Shown in pieces: positions 10,355 to 18,884 of a stretch of 64,000 nt of DNA; position 1 is the first letter of the stretch; the number at the start of each line of letters is the position of its first letter. A program made the translations under genes and the position numbers. The notes beneath the pieces are model-generated. The model was not told the DNA's origin, did no database searches, and saw only the letters and a list, made by a program, of their open reading frames with translations. The DNA comes from Candidatus Zixiibacteriota bacterium (lineage in GTDB: Bacteria > Zixibacteria > MSB-5A5 > UM-FILTER-46-8), in the NCBI GenBank assembly GCA_026983835.1, contig JALSTH010000040.1, positions 510-64,509 on the forward strand. The letters are read 5' to 3'.

Positions 10355-10915
10355 TTACATCCCCAAATTGTATTTCACCCCGGCCATAATCCAAAGCTGA
10401 TTTACATCTGAAACCAACGAGTATCTAAATTCGGCAAAACCGTTTAAAAGGGGACTTAACTCCATCTCGGCACCACCCAGGAAATGAAAGCCAAATTTAG
10501 TATCGGTATCGGAGGTCGAACCGGATCCATACCAGCCGGAATCCCATTCGACTTTAGAGCCAAACATATGAAGTCCTATGCCGCCGCCGATATATGGTGA
10601 GAATTTGGATTGAGGAACCGGGAAGAAATATTTCCCGGATGTCAATATGGCGATATCGTGCATACTTACGCTTCCACCAACTTCATCATAACTTTTTGAC
10701 CAATAGGTAACCTCAGCTTCCCAGCCTAATTGGGGGATAATGGTACCGAGATCCGCTATGGCGCCGAAACCGAATGTGCCGTCGATATTTTCGGGTTTTA
10801 CATACCCGACTTTCGCACCGACAGCTTTCAAACGAATTGCCGATTGAGCAAATGCAGGTACAGCAACGGCAACGATACATAATGCTAAAATGGTGACGAT
10901 TACTTTCTTGGTCAT
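10355..10915 (-). CDS. Small outer-membrane beta-barrel protein (OmpW/OmpA-like beta-barrel family)
   Basis: Signal peptide MTKKVIVTILALCIVAVAVPAFAQ, alternating amphipathic beta-strands rich in G/Y/F, aromatic-rich C-terminus. Confidence 0.55.
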   Translation of the reverse strand: MTKKVIVTILALCIVAVAVPAFAQSAIRLKAVGAKVGYVKPENIDGTFGFGAIADLGTIIPQLGWEAEVTYWSKSYDEVGGSVSMHDIAILTSGKYFFPVPQSKFSPYIGGGIGLHMFGSKVEWDSGWYGSGSTSDTDTKFGFHFLGGAEMELSPLLNGFAEFRYSLVSDVNQLWIMAGVKYNLGM

Positions 10916-11135
10916 ACAATCCTCCTAACTGAATATTTTTTATTTATCGGATGTTATAATATTATGATATTTAATACTTAACTTGCCAATTCATTAACAC
11001 GCTCAAATCTTTTAAAATTATAGGGATTTATATAATGTCGTAATCTGTTAGTCAAGGGATTTCTGTTTCCTCTCTTTCCTTTTTTGAGAAATGATGTCCT
11101 TTGGGAAATGGGAACTTAACCAAATTTTTCAAGGT

Positions 11136-11155
11136 TTGACTTGACAAAAAGTCAA
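11136..11155. promoter_or_regulatory. Perfect 7-bp inverted repeat TTGACTT-gacaaa-AAGTCAA overlapping a TTGACA -35-like hexamer; candidate operator/promoter in the 815-bp divergent intergenic region
   Basis: Read directly from sequence. Palindrome arms are 11136-11142 and 11149-11155. TTGACA lies at 11141-11146 with AT-rich -10-like hexamers 15-18 nt downstream. Confidence 0.3.
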
Positions 11156-11254
11156 TTTTATGATAATGATAACTTAATATCAAATTCCTATATAAGTTAG
11201 GAGTGATGGATTTTTTTTGATTATCGGCTTTTCTCCTAAAATAGGTTATAAAAA

Positions 11255-11363
11255 GGAGTCGAAGCCGAGCCTTGCGATCTATGGAAATAACTGAAAAGCC
11301 GTTTTTATGTATATCGGCATTTCAGAAGGATCACTTTAAATGCGCTCAGGGAGCTTCGACTCC
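11255..11363 (+). other. ~110-nt element closed by an 11-bp inverted repeat (GGAGTCGAAGC ... GCTTCGACTCC) with internal GCCG/CGGC hairpin; candidate structured RNA or miniature repeat element upstream of the tlpA-like operon
   Basis: Arms at 11255-11265 and 11353-11363 are exact reverse complements. Additional GAGC/GCTC pairing extends the stem. No ORF spans the element. Confidence 0.3.
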
Positions 11364-11734
11364 AAAATTTTAACCCGGACAGATAAAACTTCCAGAAGAA
11401 AAGGTTTTAAGTAAGTTCGTAATCCCTCGAATTTTAATCTATCCCGTAGAACGAAGCGTTGAATTTTCACCTGATTTCAACCCGCTATCGAGATTATTTT
11501 AAATCAATAATCAGAGAATAAATACTCCATTAGAATAATTTTGCAATCCCTCCCAATATTATCAAGTATTTTTAACCTTGACTTTATGGAAATTATTACT
11601 ATTTTTAAGACGGAAAGTAGATAATATTCTGATAATAGGTAATCCAACAAAAGATAAGGTCTGTTTCTTCTTTGGAATTCATTGAGATTAAATTAAAAGA
11701 TATACATTACTTTATCTGATATTATGGAGGATAA

Positions 11735-12271
11735 ATGAGTAAAAGGCTTGTAGTAGTAGCTATTTTTATTTTCGCCATTTTTATGGCTAACAACAGTTAC
11801 GCCGGTAAAAAAAAGGCGTTTGACTTCACATTAAACGATTTAAATAATAATCCAGTTAGTATGAAATCACTTTTAGGAAAGGGTCCTGTTTATATCGCCT
11901 TTTGGGCAACTTGGTGCAAACCTTGCAAAAATGAACTGGAGATTGTCAGCAAAATCTATGATGAATATAAAGATAGAGGGTTTCAACTTGTCGGTATTAA
12001 TGAAGATGCAGGCCATTCATTAGGAAAAGTAAAATCATTTGTTAAATCCCAAAAATGGAATTTCCCCATTTTATTGGACAAAAATGAAAAAGTAAAAAGG
12101 GATTACAAAGCTTTTGGATTACCATATTCGGTTATTTTGGATGCCGAAGGAAATATCATCCACACCGCTTACGGTTTCCGCCCGGGAGATGAGGTAAAAG
12201 TGAAGGAACTAATCGAATCCCATCTGTTAACGGATGAAGCAGATTCTACCGCAAAGAAAGCAACGGAATAA
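11735..12271 (+). CDS. TlpA/ResA-like periplasmic thiol:disulfide oxidoreductase (thioredoxin fold)
   Basis: Signal peptide, FWATWCKPCKNELE active-site C-x-x-C, overall TlpA-like redoxin layout. RBS GGAGGA upstream. Confidence 0.75.
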   Translation: MSKRLVVVAIFIFAIFMANNSYAGKKKAFDFTLNDLNNNPVSMKSLLGKGPVYIAFWATWCKPCKNELEIVSKIYDEYKDRGFQLVGINEDAGHSLGKVKSFVKSQKWNFPILLDKNEKVKRDYKAFGLPYSVILDAEGNIIHTAYGFRPGDEVKVKELIESHLLTDEADSTAKKATE

Positions 12272-12291
12272 AATCGAAAGGATTTGATTAG

Positions 12292-13791
12292 GTGATTTAT
12301 ATGAATAGAGCTTTTTATTTTTTTATATTTTTACTTTTAACCTTGATAGTTATTCAAACAGTGCAGGCGGATGATGTTTCCATCCAAACCCAAAACAAGT
12401 TGGAATATTATTTAGACAGAAACCCGACCGATTCCGGGGTCCACAACGATAGTTTGCGCAATCGATTGACCGTTGATATGCTCTATGGTAATTTCTATGC
12501 CGGTATATGGTACGAAGCGTTCGAGCCAATTACGAGATTAACCACCGGAGACACATCTTATGAGGGAATTACCCAGAGGTATTTCGGCTGGACGGACGGC
12601 AATGCCGAGATAAGATTAGGGAACTATTATGCGAATTTCAATCGAGGCTTGATACTTCGGGCTTACGAAAATCAGGATGTCCAGATAGATAAGAACTTGG
12701 ATGGGGTGTGGGCGAGCTATCGGGGAAACAAATTCAACTTGGAGGCATTAAACGGGAAGATACTTCTTTCCGAGAACATTTTGCTTTCCCCTCTGATCCG
12801 CACGCGGGAAAATGACATTGTAGCTTTTCGAGGGGAATTGACACCTATCAGTAATATCTCCTTCGGCGGCGCCGCTTTGCGTTATAAAAAGAAAAACTCA
12901 TTTACCTCTGAGATAGAATATACCAATGCGCAGGAAATTACCGCCGGACTTACCTACGGTCCTTTTGATTTCTATGCCGATTATGGCCGTCAAGAAGGTA
13001 ATGAGGGGTTCTATATAGGGAGGCCTGATCTGAAAACAGGCGATGCGACCTATCTGACAGCTTCCTTCTCAACCGGACTTTTTGGCATCTCTGCGGAATA
13101 TAAGAATTATTATAATATGGCTTTGGATTTCAACGCCCCTCCTTCGGCGAACCATCGTGATCAATCGCCCAACGCTTTATGGGCGCAAAGTGGAGCTAAC
13201 GACAGGGGATTTCAGGTCTCGCTGTTTTTCGCTCCGCTTAATAATTGGACCGTTGAAGCCGATATCGCCCAGAGTGGTGAAAGACCCGATGAATACGGAC
13301 ATATCCAACAGAAAATATTCAACAACTTTTATGAGGTGCGGGGATATATCGGTAGGAATATTTTGATATTGAATTACGAACGCACCGATACCGGTGTCGA
13401 AGGATTGGAGCAATTGCCATACGGGGAGTTCACTTATTATCTCGATGATGACAACACTATCACACTGACCGGGCAGGTTAGAAAATTGGAACGCATTCGC
13501 GATTTGTTCGGTAAGGATGATTACAACGAAACCGACTACTCTATCTCATTTTCGCATTCGTATTTTCTTTCTATAACGGTTTACGGAGGCTTTACTTCGG
13601 AGGAGTTTCAACCTTGGGAACAATCCTTCCCCAAACGGAGCGGGGCGATATCATTGGGGCTTCGTTACGGGGAACATGATCTGAATATATTTTACGGGGA
13701 TCAGCGAGGCGGTTTCGTCTGCACCGAAGGCGCCTGTCGTGAAGTTCCACCATTTAGAGGTTTGAAAATAACTTTGGTATCGAGGTTTTAA
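12292..13791 (+). CDS. Outer-membrane protein (probable beta-barrel/porin-like), unknown family
   Basis: Cleavable signal (LLLTLIVIQTVQADD). G/Y/N/F-rich alternating strands. C-terminal ...TLVSRF ends in the aromatic residue typical of BAM substrates. Confidence 0.4.
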   Translation: MIYMNRAFYFFIFLLLTLIVIQTVQADDVSIQTQNKLEYYLDRNPTDSGVHNDSLRNRLTVDMLYGNFYAGIWYEAFEPITRLTTGDTSYEGITQRYFGWTDGNAEIRLGNYYANFNRGLILRAYENQDVQIDKNLDGVWASYRGNKFNLEALNGKILLSENILLSPLIRTRENDIVAFRGELTPISNISFGGAALRYKKKNSFTSEIEYTNAQEITAGLTYGPFDFYADYGRQEGNEGFYIGRPDLKTGDATYLTASFSTGLFGISAEYKNYYNMALDFNAPPSANHRDQSPNALWAQSGANDRGFQVSLFFAPLNNWTVEADIAQSGERPDEYGHIQQKIFNNFYEVRGYIGRNILILNYERTDTGVEGLEQLPYGEFTYYLDDDNTITLTGQVRKLERIRDLFGKDDYNETDYSISFSHSYFLSITVYGGFTSEEFQPWEQSFPKRSGAISLGLRYGEHDLNIFYGDQRGGFVCTEGACREVPPFRGLKITLVSRF

Positions 13792-13859
13792 CTGTTATTG
13801 GGAATCAAATTGGAAAACAATATAAAATCAATAACCCTTTCATCTCTTAGGAGGAAAAA

Positions 13860-14897
13860 ATGAAAAAACTGTTATTGGCAACGGTGGCGATTTTCTTGCT
13901 TTCTTACGGGAATTCCTTTGCCACTCTAAGAATGCCGCTCGGGGAAATGTTCACCAACACCGGCTGCGGACCTTGCTATAACGCCGAGATAGCTCTGGAC
14001 AACATAATGGAGGAGCATTGGGATGATTATTCCCTAATCCGCTATCATGTCAGTTGGCCCAGTTCCGGCGATCCGTTTTATACTTTCAACAGAGCGGAAA
14101 ATATGGACAGGAACGATTATTACAACAATGATTATACCCCTCATCTTTTCATTGATGGCATTGTTGACGGTGAATATTATTACAACAATTGGGACGATCA
14201 ATTTGCGTTGCGCTGGGACACCCCGAGTCCATTGGAAATCGAACTGATAGGTCATTATAATGGCGCTGACCGAGAGAATCAACTGCATATTTCGATGACC
14301 GCCACCGATAATATCAATTTCAATGATTTGCGGCTGTTCTGCGTTTTGATTGAGAATTACATCCAATATAACGCTCCCAACGGTGTGCGGCAACACGATC
14401 AAACTATGAGGGATATAGTCCCCGATTCCGATGGTGAATCATTTACCATAAGCAACGGTGAAACGAAGGAGTTCGATTTTACAATCGCTTTGGACCCGCA
14501 ATTGGCTGAGGATAACTGCGAGATAGTGGTCTTCGTTCAGGATTATTCCACGAAGGAAGTCCTTCAATCGGCAAAGATCGATGCTACCTCCGGCCAGACC
14601 GGAATTGATAACGATGGAAATGCTCTAACCCCAAAGACTACGATACTTTCCCAGAATTATCCCAATCCATTCAACGCCGAAACATCGATAGCTTTCAGTC
14701 TTGACAAAACCTCTTTCGTGAACCTCTCGGTTTACAACCTTAAAGGACAAAAGGTTGCGGAGTTGGCAAATGGTAATTACAAAGCCGGATTATATTCGGT
14801 CAGTTGGGATGCTTCCGAGCAAGCATCGGGAGTTTATTTCTACCGTTTAAGTGCCAACGGCGAGGTTAGAACCAGACGAATGGCTTTAATAAAATAG
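13860..14897 (+). CDS. Thioredoxin-fold T9SS cargo protein, Cys form (HBP35-like), paralog 1
   Basis: Signal peptide ending SFA. EMFTNTGCGPCY (CGPC thioredoxin motif), YTPHLFIDG cis-Pro-like region, C-terminal T9SS sorting domain NYPNPFNAETSIAF...GVYFYRLSANGEVRTRRMALIK. Confidence 0.7.
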   Translation: MKKLLLATVAIFLLSYGNSFATLRMPLGEMFTNTGCGPCYNAEIALDNIMEEHWDDYSLIRYHVSWPSSGDPFYTFNRAENMDRNDYYNNDYTPHLFIDGIVDGEYYYNNWDDQFALRWDTPSPLEIELIGHYNGADRENQLHISMTATDNINFNDLRLFCVLIENYIQYNAPNGVRQHDQTMRDIVPDSDGESFTISNGETKEFDFTIALDPQLAEDNCEIVVFVQDYSTKEVLQSAKIDATSGQTGIDNDGNALTPKTTILSQNYPNPFNAETSIAFSLDKTSFVNLSVYNLKGQKVAELANGNYKAGLYSVSWDASEQASGVYFYRLSANGEVRTRRMALIK

Positions 14898-14931
14898 AGA
14901 AAAAACTTAAAGCTTATTATAACTTGATGAT

Positions 14932-14956
14932 GGGCATTGGGAAATTCCCGATGCCC
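14932..14956 (+). terminator. Hairpin GGGCAT-t-GGGAA-a-TTCCC-g-ATGCCC between paralog 1 and paralog 2; weak terminator/attenuator with no strong U-tract
   Basis: Read from sequence, 11 paired positions. Followed by ccgtcggattaagtttt. Confidence 0.25.
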
Positions 14957-14994
14957 CCGTCGGATTAAGTTTTAATCATTCAAGAGGAAAGATT

Positions 14995-16038
14995 ATGAGA
15001 AAGATATTCTCGGCGCTTGGTTTAGCGGTAATTATATTGCTAACGGCAGGAAGCTCCTTTGCATTAGATCGAGTTGTTATAGGAGAGCTTTTTACCAACA
15101 CTTCGTGACCGTATTGTAAAAATGCTGAATTGCAACTCGATCAGTTGACCGAGGAATACGCCGATACGATCGCCATAATACGCTACCATGTCAATTGGCC
15201 AAGTAGCGGCGATCCTTTTTACCTTTTCAATCCCGATGAAAGTATGAACAGGAACGGTTTCTATGGAAATAGCTATACCCCTCACCTTTTCATAGATGGT
15301 TCTGTGGATGCAGGCTCCAATTATTCCGGTTGGGGGACTATGTTTATGGACCGATATGCTATACCATCGGATTGGCAAATTAACGCTAACGGAACTTTTA
15401 ACCCCATAACGCGGGTAATACACCTTAATATAAGCATCGATCTGGACGGCGAAAATCCGGATGGCGTAGAATTTATAAGAACTGCTCTTACCGAGAGTGA
15501 TTTACATTTCAACGCGCCGAATGGTTTAACGGTATTTAATCAGGTTTTCAGGAATATGATGCCCATTATCTATGGTGTGACTGTCGAACCTGATAGCAAT
15601 GGTCATTTCGAAACTTCTTTCGATTTCACTGTGGATGAGGAAATTATTACCGAAAACTGCGAACTTGTGATGTTTATCCAATCAACGCGGGAACATAAAA
15701 TATATCAGGGGTATAAAATGCCGTTTACCGATTTAATAGAATCTTCGGTATCGGATGATAACGATAATATCCCTAATGAGTTCGCTCTCATCGGCAATTA
15801 TCCCAACCCTTTTAACTCCTCGACGGTAATCGAATTCAAAACCGAAAACCGCGGGAATGTGAAGTTAGGTGTTTATAATATAGCTGGGAAGAAGGTTGTC
15901 GATTTAATTGATGGCGGGTTGCCTGCGGGGTATCATTCTATCACATTTAATGCCGATGAGCTTCCCTCCGGCATCTATTTTTATCGACTGCGTTCCAATG
16001 ATAAAACAGCTGTCGGCAGAATGACTCTCGTTAAGTAA
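14995..16038 (+). CDS. Thioredoxin-fold T9SS cargo protein, predicted selenoprotein (in-frame TGA=Sec at 15106-15108), paralog 2. The six-frame ORF 15130-16038 is an N-terminally truncated call.
   Basis: GAGGAAA sits 5 nt before ATG 14995. The frame is open over 37 codons and encodes a signal peptide ending SFA, then ELFTNTS-TGA-PYCK. This aligns residue-for-residue with EMFTNTGCGPCY of paralog 1, with the TGA at the first Cys. Downstream region is collinear with paralog 1 (IRYHVNWPSSGDPFY, YTPHLFIDG) and ends in a T9SS CTD (NYPNPFNSSTVIEF...GIYFYRLRSNDKTAVGRMTLVK). Confidence 0.6.
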
Positions 16039-16060
16039 TATCGATAATATCCCTGATGTC

Positions 16061-16093
16061 AAGCGGCACGATTTTGCCGCTTGACTTTTTTTA
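16061..16093 (+). terminator. Rho-independent terminator after paralog 2 (AAGCGGC-acgatttt-GCCGCTT + TTTTTTATTT)
   Basis: 7-bp GC-rich stem at 16061-16067 / 16076-16082 followed by a T-tract. Confidence 0.6.
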
Positions 16094-16143
16094 TTTGGCG
16101 ATTTATTTTTTAATTGAATTGATCTTGTCAAGCAGGTAAAATA

Positions 16144-17175
16144 TTGAAAATAATAACAGGTTTATTTCTATCTTTGATGCTTTTGGTGGGGGGTGATTCG
16201 TTTGCGGCGACAAGGGTTGTCGTGGGGGAAATGTTCACCAACACATCGTGAGGGGCTTGTTCCTTAGCCGATATGACTCTCGATCAGTTGACCGAGCAAT
16301 ACAAAACTCAAATCGCCGTAATCCGATACCATATATGGTGGCCCTCATCGAAGGACCCCTATTATCAATACAACCCTGAGGAAGCAACCGCCAGAAATAA
16401 CTTTTATGCCAACCAATACGCCCCGCATCTTTTTATCGAGGGAAGCGATTATGGGTCGGAGTATGAGCAATGGGAAACAGCCTTCCTGCAGAGGATGGGC
16501 ATATCTTCCGATTGGTTTTTCAGCGTAGGGGGTGATTATAACCCCGACAACCGAAATCTTCATTTGGATATCGATATCTTCCTTGAAAATGAAAATCCCG
16601 AAGGGGTGGAGTTCTTACGAATTGCGTTGGTGGAGAATAATATATTCTGGCAGGCTCCCAATGGCGTGGATTGGCATAATCAGGTTTTTCGCGATATGAT
16701 ACCCGATCCGAACGGAGTAGAAATAACTCCCGATAATTCCGGTGTCTTCCAGACGGAAGTCGATTTCACCATAGGGGAAGAGATAGTCCTCGAAAACGCC
16801 GAGCTTGTATTATTTATCCAATCGACACGGGATAAGGAAATACTTCAGGGATACAAGGCTGCCCTTTCGGATTTCGAGATTAACTCGATTGATGATTCCC
16901 AAAATAAACCGATTAACAAGGCAGAGCTTTTTAATTACCCGAACCCTTTCAATTCCTCAACTGAAATTAAGTTCTTTCTCCCCCACAACGGACAAGTAAA
17001 GTTGGAAATCTATAACCTTATCGGGGAAAGGATAGCAACCCCGCTAAATGATAAACTATCCGCAGGGGAACATTCCGTCCTTTTTAGGGCGGATAACTAT
17101 TCTACCGGGGTGTATTTTTGTAAATTATCTTATGGAAAATTAAATCTGATCAGCAAGATGGTCTGTATTAAATAA
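16144..17175 (+). CDS. Thioredoxin-fold T9SS cargo protein, predicted selenoprotein (in-frame TGA=Sec at 16249-16251), paralog 3. The six-frame ORF 16273-17175 is an N-terminally truncated call.
   Basis: TTG 16144 is the first start after an in-frame stop at 16120-16122, with AGGT 6 nt upstream. It encodes LKIITGLFLSLMLLVGGDSFAA (signal peptide ending SFA), then GEMFTNTS-TGA-GACS. The rest is collinear with paralogs 1 and 2 and ends in a T9SS CTD (NYPNPFNSSTEIKF...GVYFCKL...KMVCIK). Alternative ATG at 16177. Confidence 0.55.
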
Positions 17176-17200
17176 TGTTTCAAGCGGCTTATGCTTAATA

Positions 17201-17764
17201 TTATAGCAACCGTTTTCTTCGCTTTCGTTTCTTTTTCTCTTTGGGCGGTTCCGGTGGGGGGTGTGGCTCATAGATGACGCTTGTTTCCGCCAAATTATCC
17301 TGAACCGAGTTTCGAGTTTCACCTTTCCCCTTCTTGAATAAATTATACAAAATCGAGAATAATTCAAATGGGTAGCCAAATATACGCTTGAAAGAAACCC
17401 ATAACCGCATTCTACCCCCTTCATTCCGAATAACCCTTATTTTGAGAATATTCTTTCCGATGGTTTGGCCGTTCCAATAGTAGGTGGTTAAGGTAAAATA
17501 TCCGACTCCTGCCAAAACAATAAGGACAAGACGAATAGCGATGGATGAGGGAATAAAATCGTTGAGCTCATAAAGAAATGAACCGCCCGCCCTAATATAC
17601 CAAATAATTATCCCAAGTATATAAAGCAGGATTTTATAGATAATGAGGATTATTATGAAATCTATCAGGAACGCATATCTCCTCCGGCGCATACCTGCGG
17701 GAAGTCGGCTGTATTCTATGTGATTATTGTTGTGCAATTTGCTGTGGTGCTTAAAGGAGTCCAA
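17201..17764 (-). CDS. RDD-family membrane protein
   Basis: RRRYAFLIDFIII...YYWNGQTIGKNILKIRVI matches the RDD signature; three TM segments; highly basic C-terminal tail. Confidence 0.6.
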   Translation of the reverse strand: MDSFKHHSKLHNNNHIEYSRLPAGMRRRRYAFLIDFIIILIIYKILLYILGIIIWYIRAGGSFLYELNDFIPSSIAIRLVLIVLAGVGYFTLTTYYWNGQTIGKNILKIRVIRNEGGRMRLWVSFKRIFGYPFELFSILYNLFKKGKGETRNSVQDNLAETSVIYEPHPPPEPPKEKKKRKRRKRLL

Positions 17765-17793
17765 AATAATAACTCCCGTCGAGGTTAATGCGG

Positions 17794-18882
17794 TTAGTTG
17801 ACGGATTCTGAGGATTTTTCCAATAATTGCTGCGCTCGGTAATATTCCTGCAACTTTTCGATTATCGCACTCAAATCGCCGTTTAATATGGATTCGAGGC
17901 TGTGCAGAGTAAGCCCGATGCGGTGATCGGTAACCCGATTTTGGGGGAAATTGTAGGTGCGGATCTTTTCGGAACGGTCGCCGCTTCCAACCATCGCTTT
18001 CCGTTTTGAGGCTAGTTTTCGTTGTTCCTCTTGATTAGCTTTATCCAGCAGCCTCGCCCGTAGAACTTTCATCGCTTTGTTTTTATTCTTCAACTGCGAT
18101 TTCTCGTCCTGACAGGTAACGATTGTACCGGTAGGAATATGTGTTATTCGTACCGCCGAATCGGTGGTGTTGACCGATTGACCGCCGGGGCCCGAGGAGT
18201 GGAAAACATCAATACGCAGGTCATTCGGATTAATCTCGATATCCACTTCTTCCGCTTCGGGAAGAATCGCCACAGAAGCCGCCGATGTATGAATCCTACC
18301 AGATGCCTCGGTAACCGGAACCCGCTGTACCCTATGAACTCCCGATTCATACTTCAAAACACCGTAAGCCCCTTCCGCTTCAACGCTAAAAATAATTTCC
18401 TTGAAACCGCCAACGCCGGTGGGATTTGAACTCAGGACTTCTAACTTCCACCCCTTTTCCTCGATAAAATGGGAATACATCCGATATAAATCAGCCGCAA
18501 ACAGCGCCGCCTCATCGCCACCGGTACCGGCTCGTATCTCCACAATAGCTTTTTTACGGTCGTTGGGGTCTTTCGGGGCTAATAAATCCCGAAGCTTGTT
18601 CTCCAATTCATCCAACTTGGGAAGAAGCTCCTCTATTTCCGCATCCGCCAATTCCAAAAGATCTTCATCCTTCGAAATTTCCCTCAACTCCTTATCCTCG
18701 TTAATTCTCTCAAGGATCTTTTGGTATTTTTCGGAAATTTTTATAATTTCCTGCAGTTCAGAATGCTCACGGGCGATTTTACTGTATTTTTTATGATCTG
18801 CCAATATTTCGGGATTGGATAGCTCTTCGGTCAGCCTCGTGTGTTTTTCCCTGATATTATCTATAATCGATAAATCAATCAT
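17794..18882 (-). CDS. prfA: Peptide chain release factor 1
   Basis: GGQ motif ([23 protein letters not shown]) and PVT tripeptide ([15 protein letters not shown]), both RF1-specific. Near-collinear with E. coli RF1. Confidence 0.9.
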   Translation of the reverse strand: MIDLSIIDNIREKHTRLTEELSNPEILADHKKYSKIAREHSELQEIIKISEKYQKILERINEDKELREISKDEDLLELADAEIEELLPKLDELENKLRDLLAPKDPNDRKKAIVEIRAGTGGDEAALFAADLYRMYSHFIEEKGWKLEVLSSNPTGVGGFKEIIFSVEAEGAYGVLKYESGVHRVQRVPVTEASGRIHTSAASVAILPEAEEVDIEINPNDLRIDVFHSSGPGGQSVNTTDSAVRITHIPTGTIVTCQDEKSQLKNKNKAMKVLRARLLDKANQEEQRKLASKRKAMVGSGDRSEKIRTYNFPQNRVTDHRIGLTLHSLESILNGDLSAIIEKLQEYYRAQQLLEKSSESVN

Positions 18883-18884
18883 TA

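Noticed and set aside
10920-11735. Possible tRNA-Sec (selC) or other tRNA in the 815-bp intergenic region
   Set aside because: No GGTTCGA-type T-arm and no acceptor/long-variable-arm layout. The inverted-repeat element at 11255-11363 has an 11-bp closing stem and does not resemble a tRNA.
15106-15108. Reading the TGAs at 15106 and 16249 as ordinary stops, making 15130-16038 and 16273-17175 complete genes or N-truncated pseudogenes
   Set aside because: Both upstream regions keep long stop-free frames with good RBSs. Both encode signal peptides ending in SFA, required for a T9SS cargo. Both place the TGA in the exact column of the Cys in the CGPC motif of the paralog. Chance retention twice is implausible. 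I still cannot prove Sec incorporation without the sel machinery or a validated SECIS.
17140-17424. ORF 17140-17424 (minus)
   Set aside because: Overlaps, out of frame, the better-supported RDD-family gene 17201-17764 and the 3' end of paralog 3; likely spurious.
18139-18796. Plus-strand ORFs inside prfA (18139-18429, 18401-18796)
   Set aside because: Antisense to a near-canonical RF1 gene; low-complexity S/A/R-rich translations.
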